Assembly: GCA_964202905.1 (NCBI GenBank)
Contig: CAXNJO010000002.1
Coordinates: 96,001 to 160,000, forward strand
Length of the DNA stretch: 64,000 nucleotides
Source: Polyangiales bacterium
GTDB taxonomy: Bacteria > Myxococcota_A > Polyangia > Polyangiales > JADJQN01
Direction of reading: 5' to 3'
The notes under the pieces are model-generated. The model was not told where the DNA came from, did no database searches, and worked only from the letters and a program-made list of their open reading frames with translations. Both the position numbers and the translations under genes were made by a program. Below, in pieces: positions 31,161 to 43,636 of this stretch. Numbering within the stretch: the stretch's first letter is position 1; each line of letters starts with the position of its first letter.

Positions 31161-31392
31161 CGTCACCCCAAGAAAACCGCGCGAGAGCGGTCGGGTCAAG
31201 AATTCGTTGCTGCTCAAACGAAAATGAGTGCGACACGGTGCGTGTGATCGCACAGCGCCCCCGGGTCACCGACGCGCCCCGAGATCGGGGAGAACGCGCC
31301 GCTTTTTCGGGCAGAAACGCGAACGGCGGCGCGAGCACGAGGCCCGCACCGCCGCATCGACGCTTCGCTGCGCGGTGCGCGCCGAGGCAACG

Positions 31393-32670
<1,278 letters not shown>

Positions 32671-32789
32671 CGCCGCCCTCCCGCTGGGGAATGCCCCAAT
32701 ACGTACCTGTTTGTAGACCGCGCCCCGGCGCGCCCCCCGACGAGAGGCACGACGACCCGCGGCAGCTTCAAAAACCGAGCCCTACGAGG

Positions 32790-34034
32790 TCAGAAGACCT
32801 CTTTGATCCAATTGCCGAGCTTGCGGCTCCAGCCGCCGAGCGGGGCGCCCACCGGGAGGATGACGTCGGACGGGATGTGCACCCGCGGCGCCTGTCTCAG
32901 CTTGTTCGCGCCGTACTTCACGAGGCCCACGCCGGTCGCGTAAGCGGGGCTCTTCACGACGTCGATGAGGCCACCGATGCCGATGGGCATCCCGCGACGC
33001 ACCTGCAGACCGAGCTCCTGCTCGGCGATCTCCGGCATGCCGTCGAGCATCGTCGAGCCGCCGGTGATCACCACGCCCGCACCGAGCAGGTCGGCAAAGC
33101 CCGTCTCGTGGATCACGTGCCGCACGGCGGCGAAGATCTCCTCCACGCGCGGCTCGATGATCTCGCAGAGCGCGTGACGGCGGACGACGCGCGGGGGACG
33201 GCCGCCCACCGAGGGGACCTCGATCGTCTCCTCTTCGTCGACCATCGCGGTCGACGCGCAGCCGTACTTCACCTTGACGCGCTCGGCCTCGGCGACCGGC
33301 ATGCGCAGGCCCTGCGCGAGGTCGTTCGTGAGGTTGAGGCCGCCGATCGGGATGACCGACGTGTGCACGACCGCGCCGTTCACGTAGAGGATGACGTCGG
33401 TCGTGCCGCCGCCGATGTCGACCAGCGCGACGCCGATCTCCTTCTCATCGTCGGAGAGCACCGCGTCGGCCGACGCGAGCGGTTCGAGCACGACCTCGGG
33501 CACGTAGAGCCCGCAGCGCTCGGCGCACTTGATGATGTTCTGCACGCTCGCCGTCGCGGCGGTCACAATGTGCACGCGCGCCTCGAGGCGGACGCCGCTC
33601 ATGCCGATGGGCTCGCGGATGCCGTCCTGCTCGTCGACGATGTACTCCTGCGGCAGCACGTGGAGCACCTGCCGGTCGGACGAGAGCGGGAACGCCTTGG
33701 CCTGCTCGAGCACGCGCACGACGTCGTCGGCGACGACCTCGCGGTTCGGGATCGCGGCGACGCCCTCTTTGTTGAGCGAGCGTACGTGCGAGCCGGCGAC
33801 GCCGGCGTAGACGGTGGTGATCCGGCAGCCCGCCATCGTCTCGGCCTGCTCGATCGCGGCCCTGATCGCCTGAACGGTGGCCTCGATGTTGACGACGACG
33901 CCCTTCTTCAGGCCCTTCGACGGCACCGAGCCGATGCCGATGATGTCGAGTCCGTCGTCCGTCTGCTCGGCGACGATGGCGCACACCTTCGTCGTCCCGA
34001 GGTCGAGCCCTGCGATGATCTCGTTGTCCGCCAT
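32790..34034 (-). CDS. ftsA: Cell division protein FtsA
   Basis: GLDLGTTKV, GLKKGVVVNI, PIGMSGVRLE, VDIGGGTT and YATGVGL. Confidence 0.97.
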   Translation of the reverse strand: MADNEIIAGLDLGTTKVCAIVAEQTDDGLDIIGIGSVPSKGLKKGVVVNIEATVQAIRAAIEQAETMAGCRITTVYAGVAGSHVRSLNKEGVAAIPNREVVADDVVRVLEQAKAFPLSSDRQVLHVLPQEYIVDEQDGIREPIGMSGVRLEARVHIVTAATASVQNIIKCAERCGLYVPEVVLEPLASADAVLSDDEKEIGVALVDIGGGTTDVILYVNGAVVHTSVIPIGGLNLTNDLAQGLRMPVAEAERVKVKYGCASTAMVDEEETIEVPSVGGRPPRVVRRHALCEIIEPRVEEIFAAVRHVIHETGFADLLGAGVVITGGSTMLDGMPEIAEQELGLQVRRGMPIGIGGLIDVVKSPAYATGVGLVKYGANKLRQAPRVHIPSDVILPVGAPLGGWSRKLGNWIKEVF

Positions 34035-34194
34035 GGATGTCGCCCCGTCTCGGTGTCGGCCATTCGAGCGCCGTCCACGCACCCATACACAGGGCGGATC
34101 CAACACACCAAATTTCGTGCAGAAAGATTTTCCGCGCGCTCGCGGCGACGTCGCGCGCCCCCCCGGAAACAAAGGGATTGTGCGCGTTCGGCGC

Positions 34195-35739
34195 TCACTC
34201 CGCGTCGCCGCGCGGGAGGCGCGCATCGGCCACGCGCTCGGTGTCGGGCATCGCGCGCCCGCGCTCCGCGAACGCGCCAGGACGCTGGTACGGCACGCCG
34301 CGCAGGCGCTTCACCGCGGTCGCGCTCTTCCACTGCAGATAGCCTTTGTTGAACTGCAGCGCCTGAGCGGGATCGAAATAGGGATTCTTCAGCCCGCCGA
34401 GGCTCACGAGCGCGAGGGCCTGCTCCGCGACGCTCACCGGGCAGCCCTCGAAGCGCACGTAGGAGTCGCCCCCGTGCAGGGCGAGCTTCGTCGTCACGCC
34501 GAGCATCTTCGCGAAGATGTCGTCGTGTTTCGCGTGGTGGGGGTCCTTGGTCGCGCGGTCCTTGTACGTGCTGCGGATCTGCACGAACTCCTTGCCGAGG
34601 TGCCCCTTCCACTCACTGCAATCGCCCATGAAGACCACCTTCTCGCCCGGCTTGGCGTCGATGGGCCCCTGGTAGTTGCCGAACACCACGTGCATGCGCG
34701 GGAGCTTCTGGTCGCACTGCGCGTCGTAGAGACGGAGGATCTCGATGGCCTCCTCGATCGCGCCGGGACAGCCGCCCCAGCAGTAGTCCGTCTGCTCGGA
34801 CTCGGGCGGCGGCCCCGCGTACGCGGTGATGTTCGTGCCCTCGAAGTACTTCTCGACGCGGATGAGGCCCACCTTGAAGCGACGCCCGCGCTCCCGCGCC
34901 TCGTCGAAGGAGACGTCGCCCGAGAGCTCGATCTCCGCCGGATCGAGCGGCCCGAAGCCGTGCTCGTGCGCGAGGCGGATGTGATCGACGCTCGCCGGGT
35001 CGACCCCGATGAGGCGCGAGCAGACCGCGTCGAAGGCGACCTGGTTGTTGCCCATGACGATGAGCTTCATCGGATACGGGACGGGCGTCAGCATGCGCCC
35101 CTCACCCGCCACGATGGCGTCGATGCAAATGAATTGCGGCTGGATGATGTGCTGGAGATCCGCGATCTTCTCGTTGAGGCGGTGATCGTGATCGATGAGG
35201 CGGTGGCGGTCGTCCTGGATGCCGATGTAGCCCTTGATCGAGAACGTCACCGTGGTCCACGGGTGCGCCTTGAACTTGGGCATGTTGACGAAGAAGTCCG
35301 CGCGCGCGACGGGCTCGGGCGTGAAGAGGTAGTCGCGCAGGCGCTGCGGGTGCGTGAGCGGGATCTCGACCTGCTGCTCCTCTTCGAAGCAGTAGCGCTT
35401 CACGTCGGGGAGCCGCGTGAGCATCTCGTCGTAGCCCGCGCCCTCGAAGGCGACGCGCGTCGGGATGGTGATCCCGCAGCGCTCGCCGATCGCGAGTTCC
35501 GTCATGCCGCCGTCGCGGTCGCGCAGGGCGCGCAGCACGCCTTCGGCGAAGGCGGGGTGCGTGTGCGCGTGCTCGAAGAGCGGGCCGGAGGCGACGACGT
35601 TCGGCTTGACCAGCGTGCGCCCCGAGGGTGCGAGGCCGAGCTCCTCGAGGCCTTCGCGGACGATCGCGCGGATGCGCTCGACGTCGTAGCTGTCGCAGTG
35701 GCGGAGGATGACCTTGGGCTTCGACGTCGGGTGGGCCAT
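34195..35739 (-). CDS. DUF362 domain-containing protein, probably Fe-S binding
   Basis: LVKPNVV, THPAF, NMPKFKAH, TFSIKG..G, IDAIVAGEG and VAFDAVC. The C-terminal extension carries CWGGCPG, GDC and GCP. Confidence 0.85.
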   Translation of the reverse strand: MAHPTSKPKVILRHCDSYDVERIRAIVREGLEELGLAPSGRTLVKPNVVASGPLFEHAHTHPAFAEGVLRALRDRDGGMTELAIGERCGITIPTRVAFEGAGYDEMLTRLPDVKRYCFEEEQQVEIPLTHPQRLRDYLFTPEPVARADFFVNMPKFKAHPWTTVTFSIKGYIGIQDDRHRLIDHDHRLNEKIADLQHIIQPQFICIDAIVAGEGRMLTPVPYPMKLIVMGNNQVAFDAVCSRLIGVDPASVDHIRLAHEHGFGPLDPAEIELSGDVSFDEARERGRRFKVGLIRVEKYFEGTNITAYAGPPPESEQTDYCWGGCPGAIEEAIEILRLYDAQCDQKLPRMHVVFGNYQGPIDAKPGEKVVFMGDCSEWKGHLGKEFVQIRSTYKDRATKDPHHAKHDDIFAKMLGVTTKLALHGGDSYVRFEGCPVSVAEQALALVSLGGLKNPYFDPAQALQFNKGYLQWKSATAVKRLRGVPYQRPGAFAERGRAMPDTERVADARLPRGDAE

Positions 35740-35870
35740 GCGACGAGTGTCGGTGATCGCCGCCCCCGGTCAAGCACGGGTCCGGATGGGCCGGCGTGGC
35801 GGGCGCACAGCCGCCGCGCGGCGATCAATCCGGCGTCCGCGCGGCGAACAATCCTGCGCGCGTGCCGCGA

Positions 35871-36992
35871 TCAGTCCGGCGCGCGCGCGGCGAGCGTGGG
35901 CGCGTCGCCGGGGAGCGGCTCGCCCACGAGCCGAACGGTCACGCGGTCGGGGTGCCGCACGTTGTCGAGGTAGACGTAGGCGGCCTTCTGGTGGTCCTGC
36001 GCGAGCCGCTCGAGCACGCGGCGCAGGCGCGAGAGCTTCTCGCGGAAGGGGCCGCGGCCGAGGCGCGCGTGGAGGGCGTCGCTGCCGACGTAGAGCGAGA
36101 GCCCGCCATCGGTCTCGACGTGCACCTCGCCGACCGGCGCCGAGCGCTGCAGGCCCGCGCCGCGCCAGTCGTGGAGCATCGCGACGACCTCGAGCAGCAG
36201 CGAGGTGCGCCACGCGCGATCGACCGTGAACCGCTCGCGCTCGACGCCCGTGATCACGGGCAGGTCGACGGGATCGCCGACCGCGACGCGCTTGAAAACC
36301 GCCCCGTCTTCCCCAACGAGGTAGAGCGCGCCGAGCGCGAGGACGGCGACGGCGCGCCGCTCGCGGAGCTGCACGACGAAGGAGCCAGGGAGCCTGCGCT
36401 CGACGTGCGCGGAGGCGATCCAGGGGTGATCGCGGAGGCGCTCGGCGGCCTGCTCGGGGCTCGTCTCGAACGCGTTGCGGCCGACCGCGAGCCCCGCGGC
36501 CTCGAGCACCTCGCGCTCGCTGAGGCGCGCGCGCCCCTCGACACGGACCGTGCGCGTCGCGAAGGCGGGCGAGGTGCGCACGTGCCGCTCGACGAGCCGC
36601 GCGACCGCGACGCTGCCCGCGATGCACGCGAGCACGACGAGGGCCTGCCCGGCGGCACGCGCCGGACGCGCGAGGCCCGCGCGCAGGCTGATCCGCGCAG
36701 CGAGCGCGCTGCGCCCGGCGTCGAGCATGACCGGCCGCACGCGCGCGCGACGGCGGCACCGGCGGCTGCCGCCGGCGCGGCGGCCCGCGCGCTACGACGT
36801 TCGCGGGCGGCGCGGTGCGCGCGTTGCGCGGCGGCGGGGTGGTGGCGAGCTCGCGCGCGGCGCCGGTGACGACGCGCGACGCGACGCGTCCGGCGGCGCC
36901 GGTGACGACGCGCGGCGCGAGACGTTGCGCGGCGGCAGCGGCTCGGCCGCGGGCTCCTGCGACGCGCGGCCCGCGCGGCGGAAGAGGCTCAC
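35871..36992 (-). CDS. ftsQ: Cell division protein FtsQ (5' part disrupted by apparent indels; intact frame 35871..36740)
   Basis: TM segment, POTRA motif [10 protein letters not shown]...[27 protein letters not shown] and YVYLDN. GTG at 36992 overlaps the murC stop; an in-frame TAG lies at 36794-36792. Confidence 0.85.
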
Positions 36993-38374
36993 GCCGTCCC
37001 CCGCGCGGTGAGCGCCGCGAGCAGCTCGGGCGCGGTGCGCGTGATGTCGCCGGCGCCGAGCGTGAGCACGACGTCGCCCGGCCGCAACCGCGCGAGCAGC
37101 GCCGGCACGAGGCCCGCTCGCTCCGCGACGTGCGCGACGTCCCGATGCCCGTGGCTGCGGATCGCCGCGACGAGGCTCGCGGAGTCGGCGCGCGCGATCG
37201 GCGCCTCGCCCGCGGCGTAGACGTCGCTCACGAGCAGCACGTCCGCGCGGTTGAAGGCGCGCACGAGCTCGTCGAAGCAATCGCGCGTGCGCGAGTAGCG
37301 GTGCGGCTGGAAAGCGACGACGACGCGACGCCCCCACGCGCGCACGGCGGCCTCGAGCGTCGCCTGCACCTCCGCCGGATGGTGCGCGTAGTCGTCGACG
37401 ACCGTGATGCCCGCGTGCTCGCCGACCACGGTGAAGCGGCGCTGCACGCCTGCGAACGTCTCGAGCGCGGCACGCACGACCTCGTGCGGCACGCCGAGCT
37501 CGTCGGTGACCACGAGCACGGCGAGGGCGTTGAGGACGTTGTGGATCCCGGGCATGCGCACGCAGAACTCGCCGAGCTCTTCGCCGCGCCGGACGACCTC
37601 GAAGCGCGTCGAGAGGCCCTCCATGCGCGGGTTGCGCGCGCGGTAGTCGGCCTGCGCTGCGAGCCCGTAGGTGAGCGTGCGCCGGTCGATGCGCGGGAGG
37701 ATGTCCTGCACGTGCGGGTGATCGAGGCACGCGACGACGAGCCCGTAAAACGGCACGCGGTTCGCAAAATCGACGAACGCCTGCTTCACGCGCTCGTGCG
37801 TGCCGTAGTGATCGAGGTGCTCGGGATCGATGTTGGTGACGACGGCGATCGCGGGCGTGAGGTGCAGGAAGGAGCCGTCCGACTCGTCGGCCTCGGCGAC
37901 GAGGAGCTGCCCCTCGCCACGCCGCGCGTTCGAGCCGAGCGCGTTGAGCTTGCCGCCGATGATGACGGTGGGATCGACGCCAGCCTGTTGCAATACAGTT
38001 GCAACGAGCGACGTCGTCGTCGTCTTGCCGTGCGAGCCCGCGATGGCGATGCCGTCCTTCAGACGCATGAGCTCGGCGAGCATCTCGGCGCGCGGGATGA
38101 CGGGGATGGCGCGCTCACGCGCCCCTGCGAGCTCGGGATTGTCGCGCGCGACCGCCGACGAGAACACGACGACGTCCGCGTCCCCGAGGTTCGACGCGCG
38201 GTGCCCCACCTCGACCCGCGCCCCGAGGGAGACGAGCCGGCGGGTCGTGTCGCTCTCGCGCGCGTCCGAGCCGCTCACGCCGAAGCCCGCGTCGAGCAGC
38301 ACCTCCGCGATTCCGCTCATGCCGATGCCGCCGATGCCGACGAAGTGGATGGAGCGAACGCGTCCGCGGAACAT
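36989..38374 (-). CDS. murC: UDP-N-acetylmuramate--L-alanine ligase
   Basis: [39 protein letters not shown] and FQPHRYSRT. Confidence 0.97.
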   Translation of the reverse strand: MFRGRVRSIHFVGIGGIGMSGIAEVLLDAGFGVSGSDARESDTTRRLVSLGARVEVGHRASNLGDADVVVFSSAVARDNPELAGARERAIPVIPRAEMLAELMRLKDGIAIAGSHGKTTTTSLVATVLQQAGVDPTVIIGGKLNALGSNARRGEGQLLVAEADESDGSFLHLTPAIAVVTNIDPEHLDHYGTHERVKQAFVDFANRVPFYGLVVACLDHPHVQDILPRIDRRTLTYGLAAQADYRARNPRMEGLSTRFEVVRRGEELGEFCVRMPGIHNVLNALAVLVVTDELGVPHEVVRAALETFAGVQRRFTVVGEHAGITVVDDYAHHPAEVQATLEAAVRAWGRRVVVAFQPHRYSRTRDCFDELVRAFNRADVLLVSDVYAAGEAPIARADSASLVAAIRSHGHRDVAHVAERAGLVPALLARLRPGDVVLTLGAGDITRTAPELLAALTARGTA

Positions 38375-38460
38375 GGGTGACCTGCGCCGTTGGTAGCATC
38401 GGCGCGCGCGGAGCGCGCAGAAAACGGCGCTCCGGGGTCCGGTCGGCGCGGCGGTCGGCG

Positions 38461-39828
38461 CTACTCCCAGGTGCCCGTCGCGCCGAGGCGCACCATCGTC
38501 GGCAGCGGCGCGCGGACGCGGCGCTTGCGGCGGCGCGAAGCGTGCGCGTCGAGCGCGGTCGCGATGGTCGAGGTCTGCACGGTGCGGCGCGCGGACTCCG
38601 CGTCGCGCACCTCGTCGGCCGCGAGCGCGTCGCCCGCCTCCGCGTCGCGCTCGTCCCGGCCGGGCTCGCCGCCCTCCCCGCCTTCCGCGTCGCCGCCCTC
38701 GCCGCCTTCGCTGCCCTCACCGCCGCGCGCGACGCCGAGCCACGCGCAGAGGTCGTCGACGATGGCGGCTGCCGCGTCGGGGAAGCCGCGCCGCCGCGCC
38801 GCCGCCGCCATCGCGAGCCGACGTGCGTCGTCGTCGAGCAGCGCCGTGAGCGCGCCGGCCAGCCGCTCGGGCGTGAGCTCGGACTGCGGCAGCAGGACCG
38901 CGGCGCCGTCACGCACGAGCGACGCGGCGTTGCGCGTCTGGTGATCGTCGGCGGCGAGCGGAAACGGCACGAGGATGGACGGCCGCCCGATCGCGCAGAG
39001 CTCGGCGAGCGTCGTCGCGCCCGCGCGGGCGACGACGAGCGCGGCCGACGCGTAGGCCCGGGCCATGTCGTCGAGGAAGGGCACGACCGTCGCCTCGACG
39101 CCGAGCGCGGCGTAGCGCGCGCGGACGGCGTCGACGTTCGCGGGGCTCGCCTGGTGCACGATCTGCAAGCCGCGCCGCGTCACGCCCGCCTGCGCGAGCG
39201 CGGCGGGCACGTTCTCGTCGAGGGCCCGCGCGCCTTGCGAGCCGCCGAGCACGAGCACGTGCCGAGCCCGCGCCTCGAAGCCCTCCGGGTCGGTGAGCGC
39301 GCGCCGCGAGACGTCGACGAAATCGCGACGCACGGGGTTGCCGAACATGCGCGCCCGCACGTCGCCGAAGAGCGCGGCCGTCTCGGGGAAGCTCAGGTAG
39401 GCGCGGCCGACGAAGCGCGCGAGCAGCCGGTTCGTCAGGCCCACGTGCGCGTTCTGTTCGAGGACGGCTGTCGGCACGCCGACGAGCACGGCCGCGGCGA
39501 GCAGCGGCCCCGACGCGTAGCCGCCGACACCGAGGACGAGGTCCGGCTTCACGGCGCGCACCAGCGCCCGTGCGTGCCACGCCGCGCCCGGGAGGCGGCC
39601 GACGCTCCGCGCGAGTTCCACGGGTGAACGACCCTTCAGCGGCGTCACCTCGAGCGCCTCGAAACGCAGCCCGCGCTGCGGGATCACGCGCGCCTCGATC
39701 CCGCGCTGCGTCCCCACCCACACGACCTCGAGGCCGGGCACGCGCCGCGAAAGTTCCTCGACGACCGCGAGCCCCGGAAAGAGGTGACCGCCCGTGCCGC
39801 CGCCGGCCACGATGATGCGCTGGATCAT
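38461..39828 (-). CDS. murG: Lipid II GlcNAc transferase MurG with C-terminal extension
   Basis: [41 protein letters not shown] and DDHQ..NA. Confidence 0.96.
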   Translation of the reverse strand: MIQRIIVAGGGTGGHLFPGLAVVEELSRRVPGLEVVWVGTQRGIEARVIPQRGLRFEALEVTPLKGRSPVELARSVGRLPGAAWHARALVRAVKPDLVLGVGGYASGPLLAAAVLVGVPTAVLEQNAHVGLTNRLLARFVGRAYLSFPETAALFGDVRARMFGNPVRRDFVDVSRRALTDPEGFEARARHVLVLGGSQGARALDENVPAALAQAGVTRRGLQIVHQASPANVDAVRARYAALGVEATVVPFLDDMARAYASAALVVARAGATTLAELCAIGRPSILVPFPLAADDHQTRNAASLVRDGAAVLLPQSELTPERLAGALTALLDDDARRLAMAAAARRRGFPDAAAAIVDDLCAWLGVARGGEGSEGGEGGDAEGGEGGEPGRDERDAEAGDALAADEVRDAESARRTVQTSTIATALDAHASRRRKRRVRAPLPTMVRLGATGTWE

Positions 39829-41121
39829 GACGTCGCTCCCACGGGTGCGGGGGGTCGCAGCGACCCCGCGCGTGCCCCGCCGAGGGGCCTGTTCCGCGCG
39901 GCGTCCCCGTCGGGGGGCCGCGCCGCCGACGCGGCGTCCGGGCGCGCGCGGCTCACGTTGAGCAAGACCCCGATCGCCGCGCAGTTCACGAGCAGCGAGG
40001 AGCCTCCGAAACTGAGGAAGGGCAGCGCGAGCCCCTTCGTCGGGACGAGTCCCATCGTCACCGCGAGGTTGGTGAACGCCTGGATCCCGATGAAGAGCGT
40101 GATGCCGATGGCCAGGTAGGTGCCGTAGTCGTCGGCCGCGCGGAAGGCCGCGCGCAGCCCGCGGAGCACCACGAGCACGAAGGCGAGCATCACCGCCAGC
40201 ACGCCCGCGAAGCCGAGCTCCTCGCCGACGATCGCGCTGATGAAGTCGGTGTGGGCTTCGGGGAGGAAGAAGAGCTTCTGGCGGCTGTCACCGATGCCGA
40301 CGCCGAAGCCCCCGCCGGAGCCGAAGCTCATGAGCGACTCGGAGATCTGGTAGCCGACGTCGAAGCGGTGCGCGAAGGGATCGAGGAAGGCTTGGATGCG
40401 GCGCATGCGGTACTCAGACCGCGTGACGAGCACGTAGGCGATGGGCGCGACGAGCAGCGCGGCGCCGAGGATGTAACCGGTGCGCGCGCCCGCGGTGAAG
40501 AGCAGCACGAAGGTCAGCAGCGCGATCATCACGGCGCTGCCGAAGTCGGGCTGGCGCAGGCAGAGCAGCATCACGAAGCCGGCGACGAGCGCGTGCGGCA
40601 GGAACCCGACGGAGAACGAGCGGATGCGATCCGCCTTCTTCGAGAGGCTGTACGCGAGCCAGAAGATCATCGTGACCTTCGCCGTCTCGGCGGGCTGGAC
40701 GTGGATCGGGCCGATCGAGATCCAGCGCGCGGCACCGCCGGCCGAGTGGCCGAAGCCCGCACGCGATGTAGAGCATCATCAACACCGACGCGCCGAGCAT
40801 CGGGTACGCGAGCGGCCGCAGCGTGTGGTAGTCGAGCCGCGCGAGCGCGACGACGAGCAGCAGGCCGGCGACCGCGTAGATGGCCTGCCGCACGAGGAAG
40901 TGCTGGCCGTCGTGGAACATCTGCGCCGCGAAGACGGCGCTCGCGCTGTAGACCATCACGACGCCGAACGCGACGAGCGCGAGGACGGTCGCCATGAGCA
41001 CCGGGTCGGCCGGGCCGGGCTGCGCGGTGTCGACGAGCGGGGGACCTCCGGCTGCGGAGGACGGGGCGCGGCGCAGCACGCGCGCGGCGAGGCCGCGGAG
41101 CCCCGAGACGATGCGGCTCAT
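39825..41121 (-). CDS. ftsW: SEDS peptidoglycan polymerase FtsW (frameshift near 40760)
   Basis: GVVMVYSAS, RWISIGPIHVQPAE.AK, QPDFG, GYQI.ES, LPEAHTDFI and PTKGLALPFLSFGGSS, in two frames. Confidence 0.93.
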
Positions 41122-42518
41122 GGGGTACCTCCGGAGGGCGACGCGGACGGGGCGAGCGCGCGGACGGCGCGCACGAACTCGTCGCCGCGGTGCGCGTAGG
41201 AGCCGAACATGTCGAAGCTCGCGCAGGCCGGCGCGAGGAGCACCGCGTCGCCGGGACGCGCGAGCAACGAGGCCCGGAAGACGGCCGCGTCGAGCGTCTC
41301 GGCGGGCTCGCTCGGGACGCCGGCGGCGGCGAGCGCCTCCGCGAGCAGAGGCGCCGCGAGCCCGATGAGCACGGCGGCGCCGGAGCGCTCCGCGAGGGCG
41401 GCGGCGAGCGGCGCGTAGCTGCCCCCCTTGTCGACGCCACCCGCGACGAGCACGACGCGCGCGTGCACGCCGCGCAGCCCCTCGAGCGCGGCGACCGCGG
41501 CGCCGACGTTGGTCGCCTTCGAGTCGTCGTAGTACGCGACGCCCTCGCGCTCGCGCACGAGCACCATGCGGTGCGGCAGCCCCGCGAACGTGCGCAAGAC
41601 GTGCGCGATGTCGGCGGCGGCGACCCCGGCGAGGCGCGCAGCGAGCGCGGCGGCGCACGCGTTCGCGACGTTGTGTGCGCCGCGGATCCGGAGCTCGGCG
41701 ACGGGCACGCGCAGACCGCTCGCGGGGTCGACGATCGCGTCGTCGACGACGCGCACGTCGCCGTCCGCGCCCCCGAAGGTGTGGACCGTGCCCGCGCCCG
41801 CCTGCGCGAGGGCTGCGAGCAGCGCGTCCCCGGCGGGCACGACGGCGTGGTCGCCTGCGCGCTGCCCATGGAAGATGCGCGCCTTGGCGGCCGCGTAGGC
41901 CGCGAGCGTGCCGTGCCGATCGAGGTGGTCGGCCGTGACGTTGAGGAGCACCGCGATGTGCGCGCGGAAGCGCTCGACGCGCTCGAGCTGATAGCTCGAC
42001 AGCTCCGCGACGACGGCGCCGCGGGGGCTCGCTGCATCGGTGCCGACGACGTCGACGAGCGGCGTGCCGAGGTTGCCGCCGACGAACGTCGGTCGCCCCG
42101 CGCGCGCGACCATCTCGCCGACGAGCGTGGTGACGGTGCTCTTGCCGTTCGTGCCGGTGATGCCGACGACCAGCCCCGCGTCGAGGAACCACGAGGCGAG
42201 CTCGATCTCGCTCGCGACGGACACGCCGCGCGCCGCTGCCTCCTCGAGCGCCGGCAGCGGCGGAACGCCCGGCGAGATCACGATGCGATCAACCCCTGCG
42301 AAAACGGCCGGATCGTGACCGCCGAGCGCGAGCCTGCAGCCCGCCGCGCGGAGCGTCTCGACGACCTCCGCGCCGAGCGCTGCCTCGTCGCGCTGATCGT
42401 TCGCGACGACGTGCGCGCCGCGCGCCGCGCACAGCAGCGCGGCCGCGACGCCACTGCGCCCCAGGCCGACGACGACGATCCGCTGTCCGTGGAGGGCGCT
42501 CCGATCCACGGGCGTCAC
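41118..42518 (-). CDS. murD: UDP-N-acetylmuramoyl-L-alanine--D-glutamate ligase
   Basis: VVGLGRSG, GITGTNGKSTVT, ELSSYQL, DHLDRH, DDSKATN and LLAPACASFDMF. Confidence 0.97.
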   Translation of the reverse strand: MTPVDRSALHGQRIVVVGLGRSGVAAALLCAARGAHVVANDQRDEAALGAEVVETLRAAGCRLALGGHDPAVFAGVDRIVISPGVPPLPALEEAAARGVSVASEIELASWFLDAGLVVGITGTNGKSTVTTLVGEMVARAGRPTFVGGNLGTPLVDVVGTDAASPRGAVVAELSSYQLERVERFRAHIAVLLNVTADHLDRHGTLAAYAAAKARIFHGQRAGDHAVVPAGDALLAALAQAGAGTVHTFGGADGDVRVVDDAIVDPASGLRVPVAELRIRGAHNVANACAAALAARLAGVAAADIAHVLRTFAGLPHRMVLVREREGVAYYDDSKATNVGAAVAALEGLRGVHARVVLVAGGVDKGGSYAPLAAALAERSGAAVLIGLAAPLLAEALAAAGVPSEPAETLDAAVFRASLLARPGDAVLLAPACASFDMFGSYAHRGDEFVRAVRALAPSASPSGGTP

Positions 42519-43636
42519 CGGAGCTTCAGCGTCGCGAGGGTCGCGATCGCGAGCATGATGGAGATGATCCAGAACCGGACGATGACCTTCGGCTCCGGCC
42601 AGCCCATCTTCTCGAAGTGGTGGTGGATCGGCGCCATCAGGAAAATGCGCTTCTTGAAGAGCTTGAAGCTCGCGACCTGCCCGATGACGCTGACCGCCTC
42701 GACGACGAAGATCCCGCCGAGGAGAACGGAGAGGAACTCGTTCTTCGTGACGACCGCGAGCGCCCCGAGCCCGCCGCCGAGCGCGAGCGAGCCGACGTCG
42801 CCCATGAAGACCTGCGCGGGATACGTGTTGAACCAGAGGAAGCCGAAGCCCGCGCCGATGAGCGCGCCGCAATAGACGGCGAGCTCGCCGGACTGCGCGA
42901 ACGACGGGATGCGCAGGTAGTGCGCCATGTCGTTCCCGAAGAAGGTCACGCCCGCGAGGTACGCGAGGATCATGTACGTACCCGCGTTGACCATCACCGG
43001 GCCGATCGCGAGTCCGTCGAGTCCGTCGGTGAGGTTGACGGCGTTCGAGGTGCCCGCGATGACGAACGACGCGAACGCGACGTAGGCCCACGCAGGCAGC
43101 GAGATCGGCACGCGATCGAAGGCGACGAACGGCAGCGAGAGGCGGTCGCGCTGCGCGATCCAGTCCTGCGGGAGGCCGGCCTCGCCGTACCAGAGGTAGC
43201 TGCAGACGCCGATCGCGATGGCGAACTGGAGGAGCAGTTTGTAGCGGCCGGAGAGCCCGCCCGAGGACTTCTTCCGGATTTTGCGCGCGTCGTCGATCCA
43301 GCCGATCACGCCGTAGGACGCGGTGATCGCGGTGACGACCCAGACCATCACGTTCTGCGGATCGGCCCAGAGCACCGTGGAGAGGACGAGCGCGAAGAGG
43401 ATGAGCGCGCCGCCCATCGTCGGCGTGCCGGCCTTCGAGAAATGCGACTCGGGGCCGTCCTTGCGCACCACCTGGCCGACCTGCTTCGACTGCAGGCTGC
43501 GGATGAACCAGGGGTACAGCCCGAACGAGAGCAACATCGCCGTCATCGTCGCGGCGAGCACGCGGAGCGGGACGTACCGCAGCACGTTGAGCGCGCTGAT
43601 CTCCCGGTGGAGCGGGTAGAAGAAGTAGTAGATCAC
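42515..43636 (-). CDS. mraY: Phospho-N-acetylmuramoyl-pentapeptide transferase
   Basis: KAGTPTMGG, NAVNLTDGLDGL, FNTYPAQVFMGDVGS and MAPIHHHFE. Confidence 0.97.
   Translation of the reverse strand: MIYYFFYPLHREISALNVLRYVPLRVLAATMTAMLLSFGLYPWFIRSLQSKQVGQVVRKDGPESHFSKAGTPTMGGALILFALVLSTVLWADPQNVMVWVVTAITASYGVIGWIDDARKIRKKSSGGLSGRYKLLLQFAIAIGVCSYLWYGEAGLPQDWIAQRDRLSLPFVAFDRVPISLPAWAYVAFASFVIAGTSNAVNLTDGLDGLAIGPVMVNAGTYMILAYLAGVTFFGNDMAHYLRIPSFAQSGELAVYCGALIGAGFGFLWFNTYPAQVFMGDVGSLALGGGLGALAVVTKNEFLSVLLGGIFVVEAVSVIGQVASFKLFKKRIFLMAPIHHHFEKMGWPEPKVIVRFWIISIMLAIATLATLKLR

Noticed and set aside
31277..31308. Hairpin near a T run downstream of ftsZ as a terminator
   Set aside because: The T run is on the plus strand, the wrong orientation for ftsZ, and is separated from the stem.
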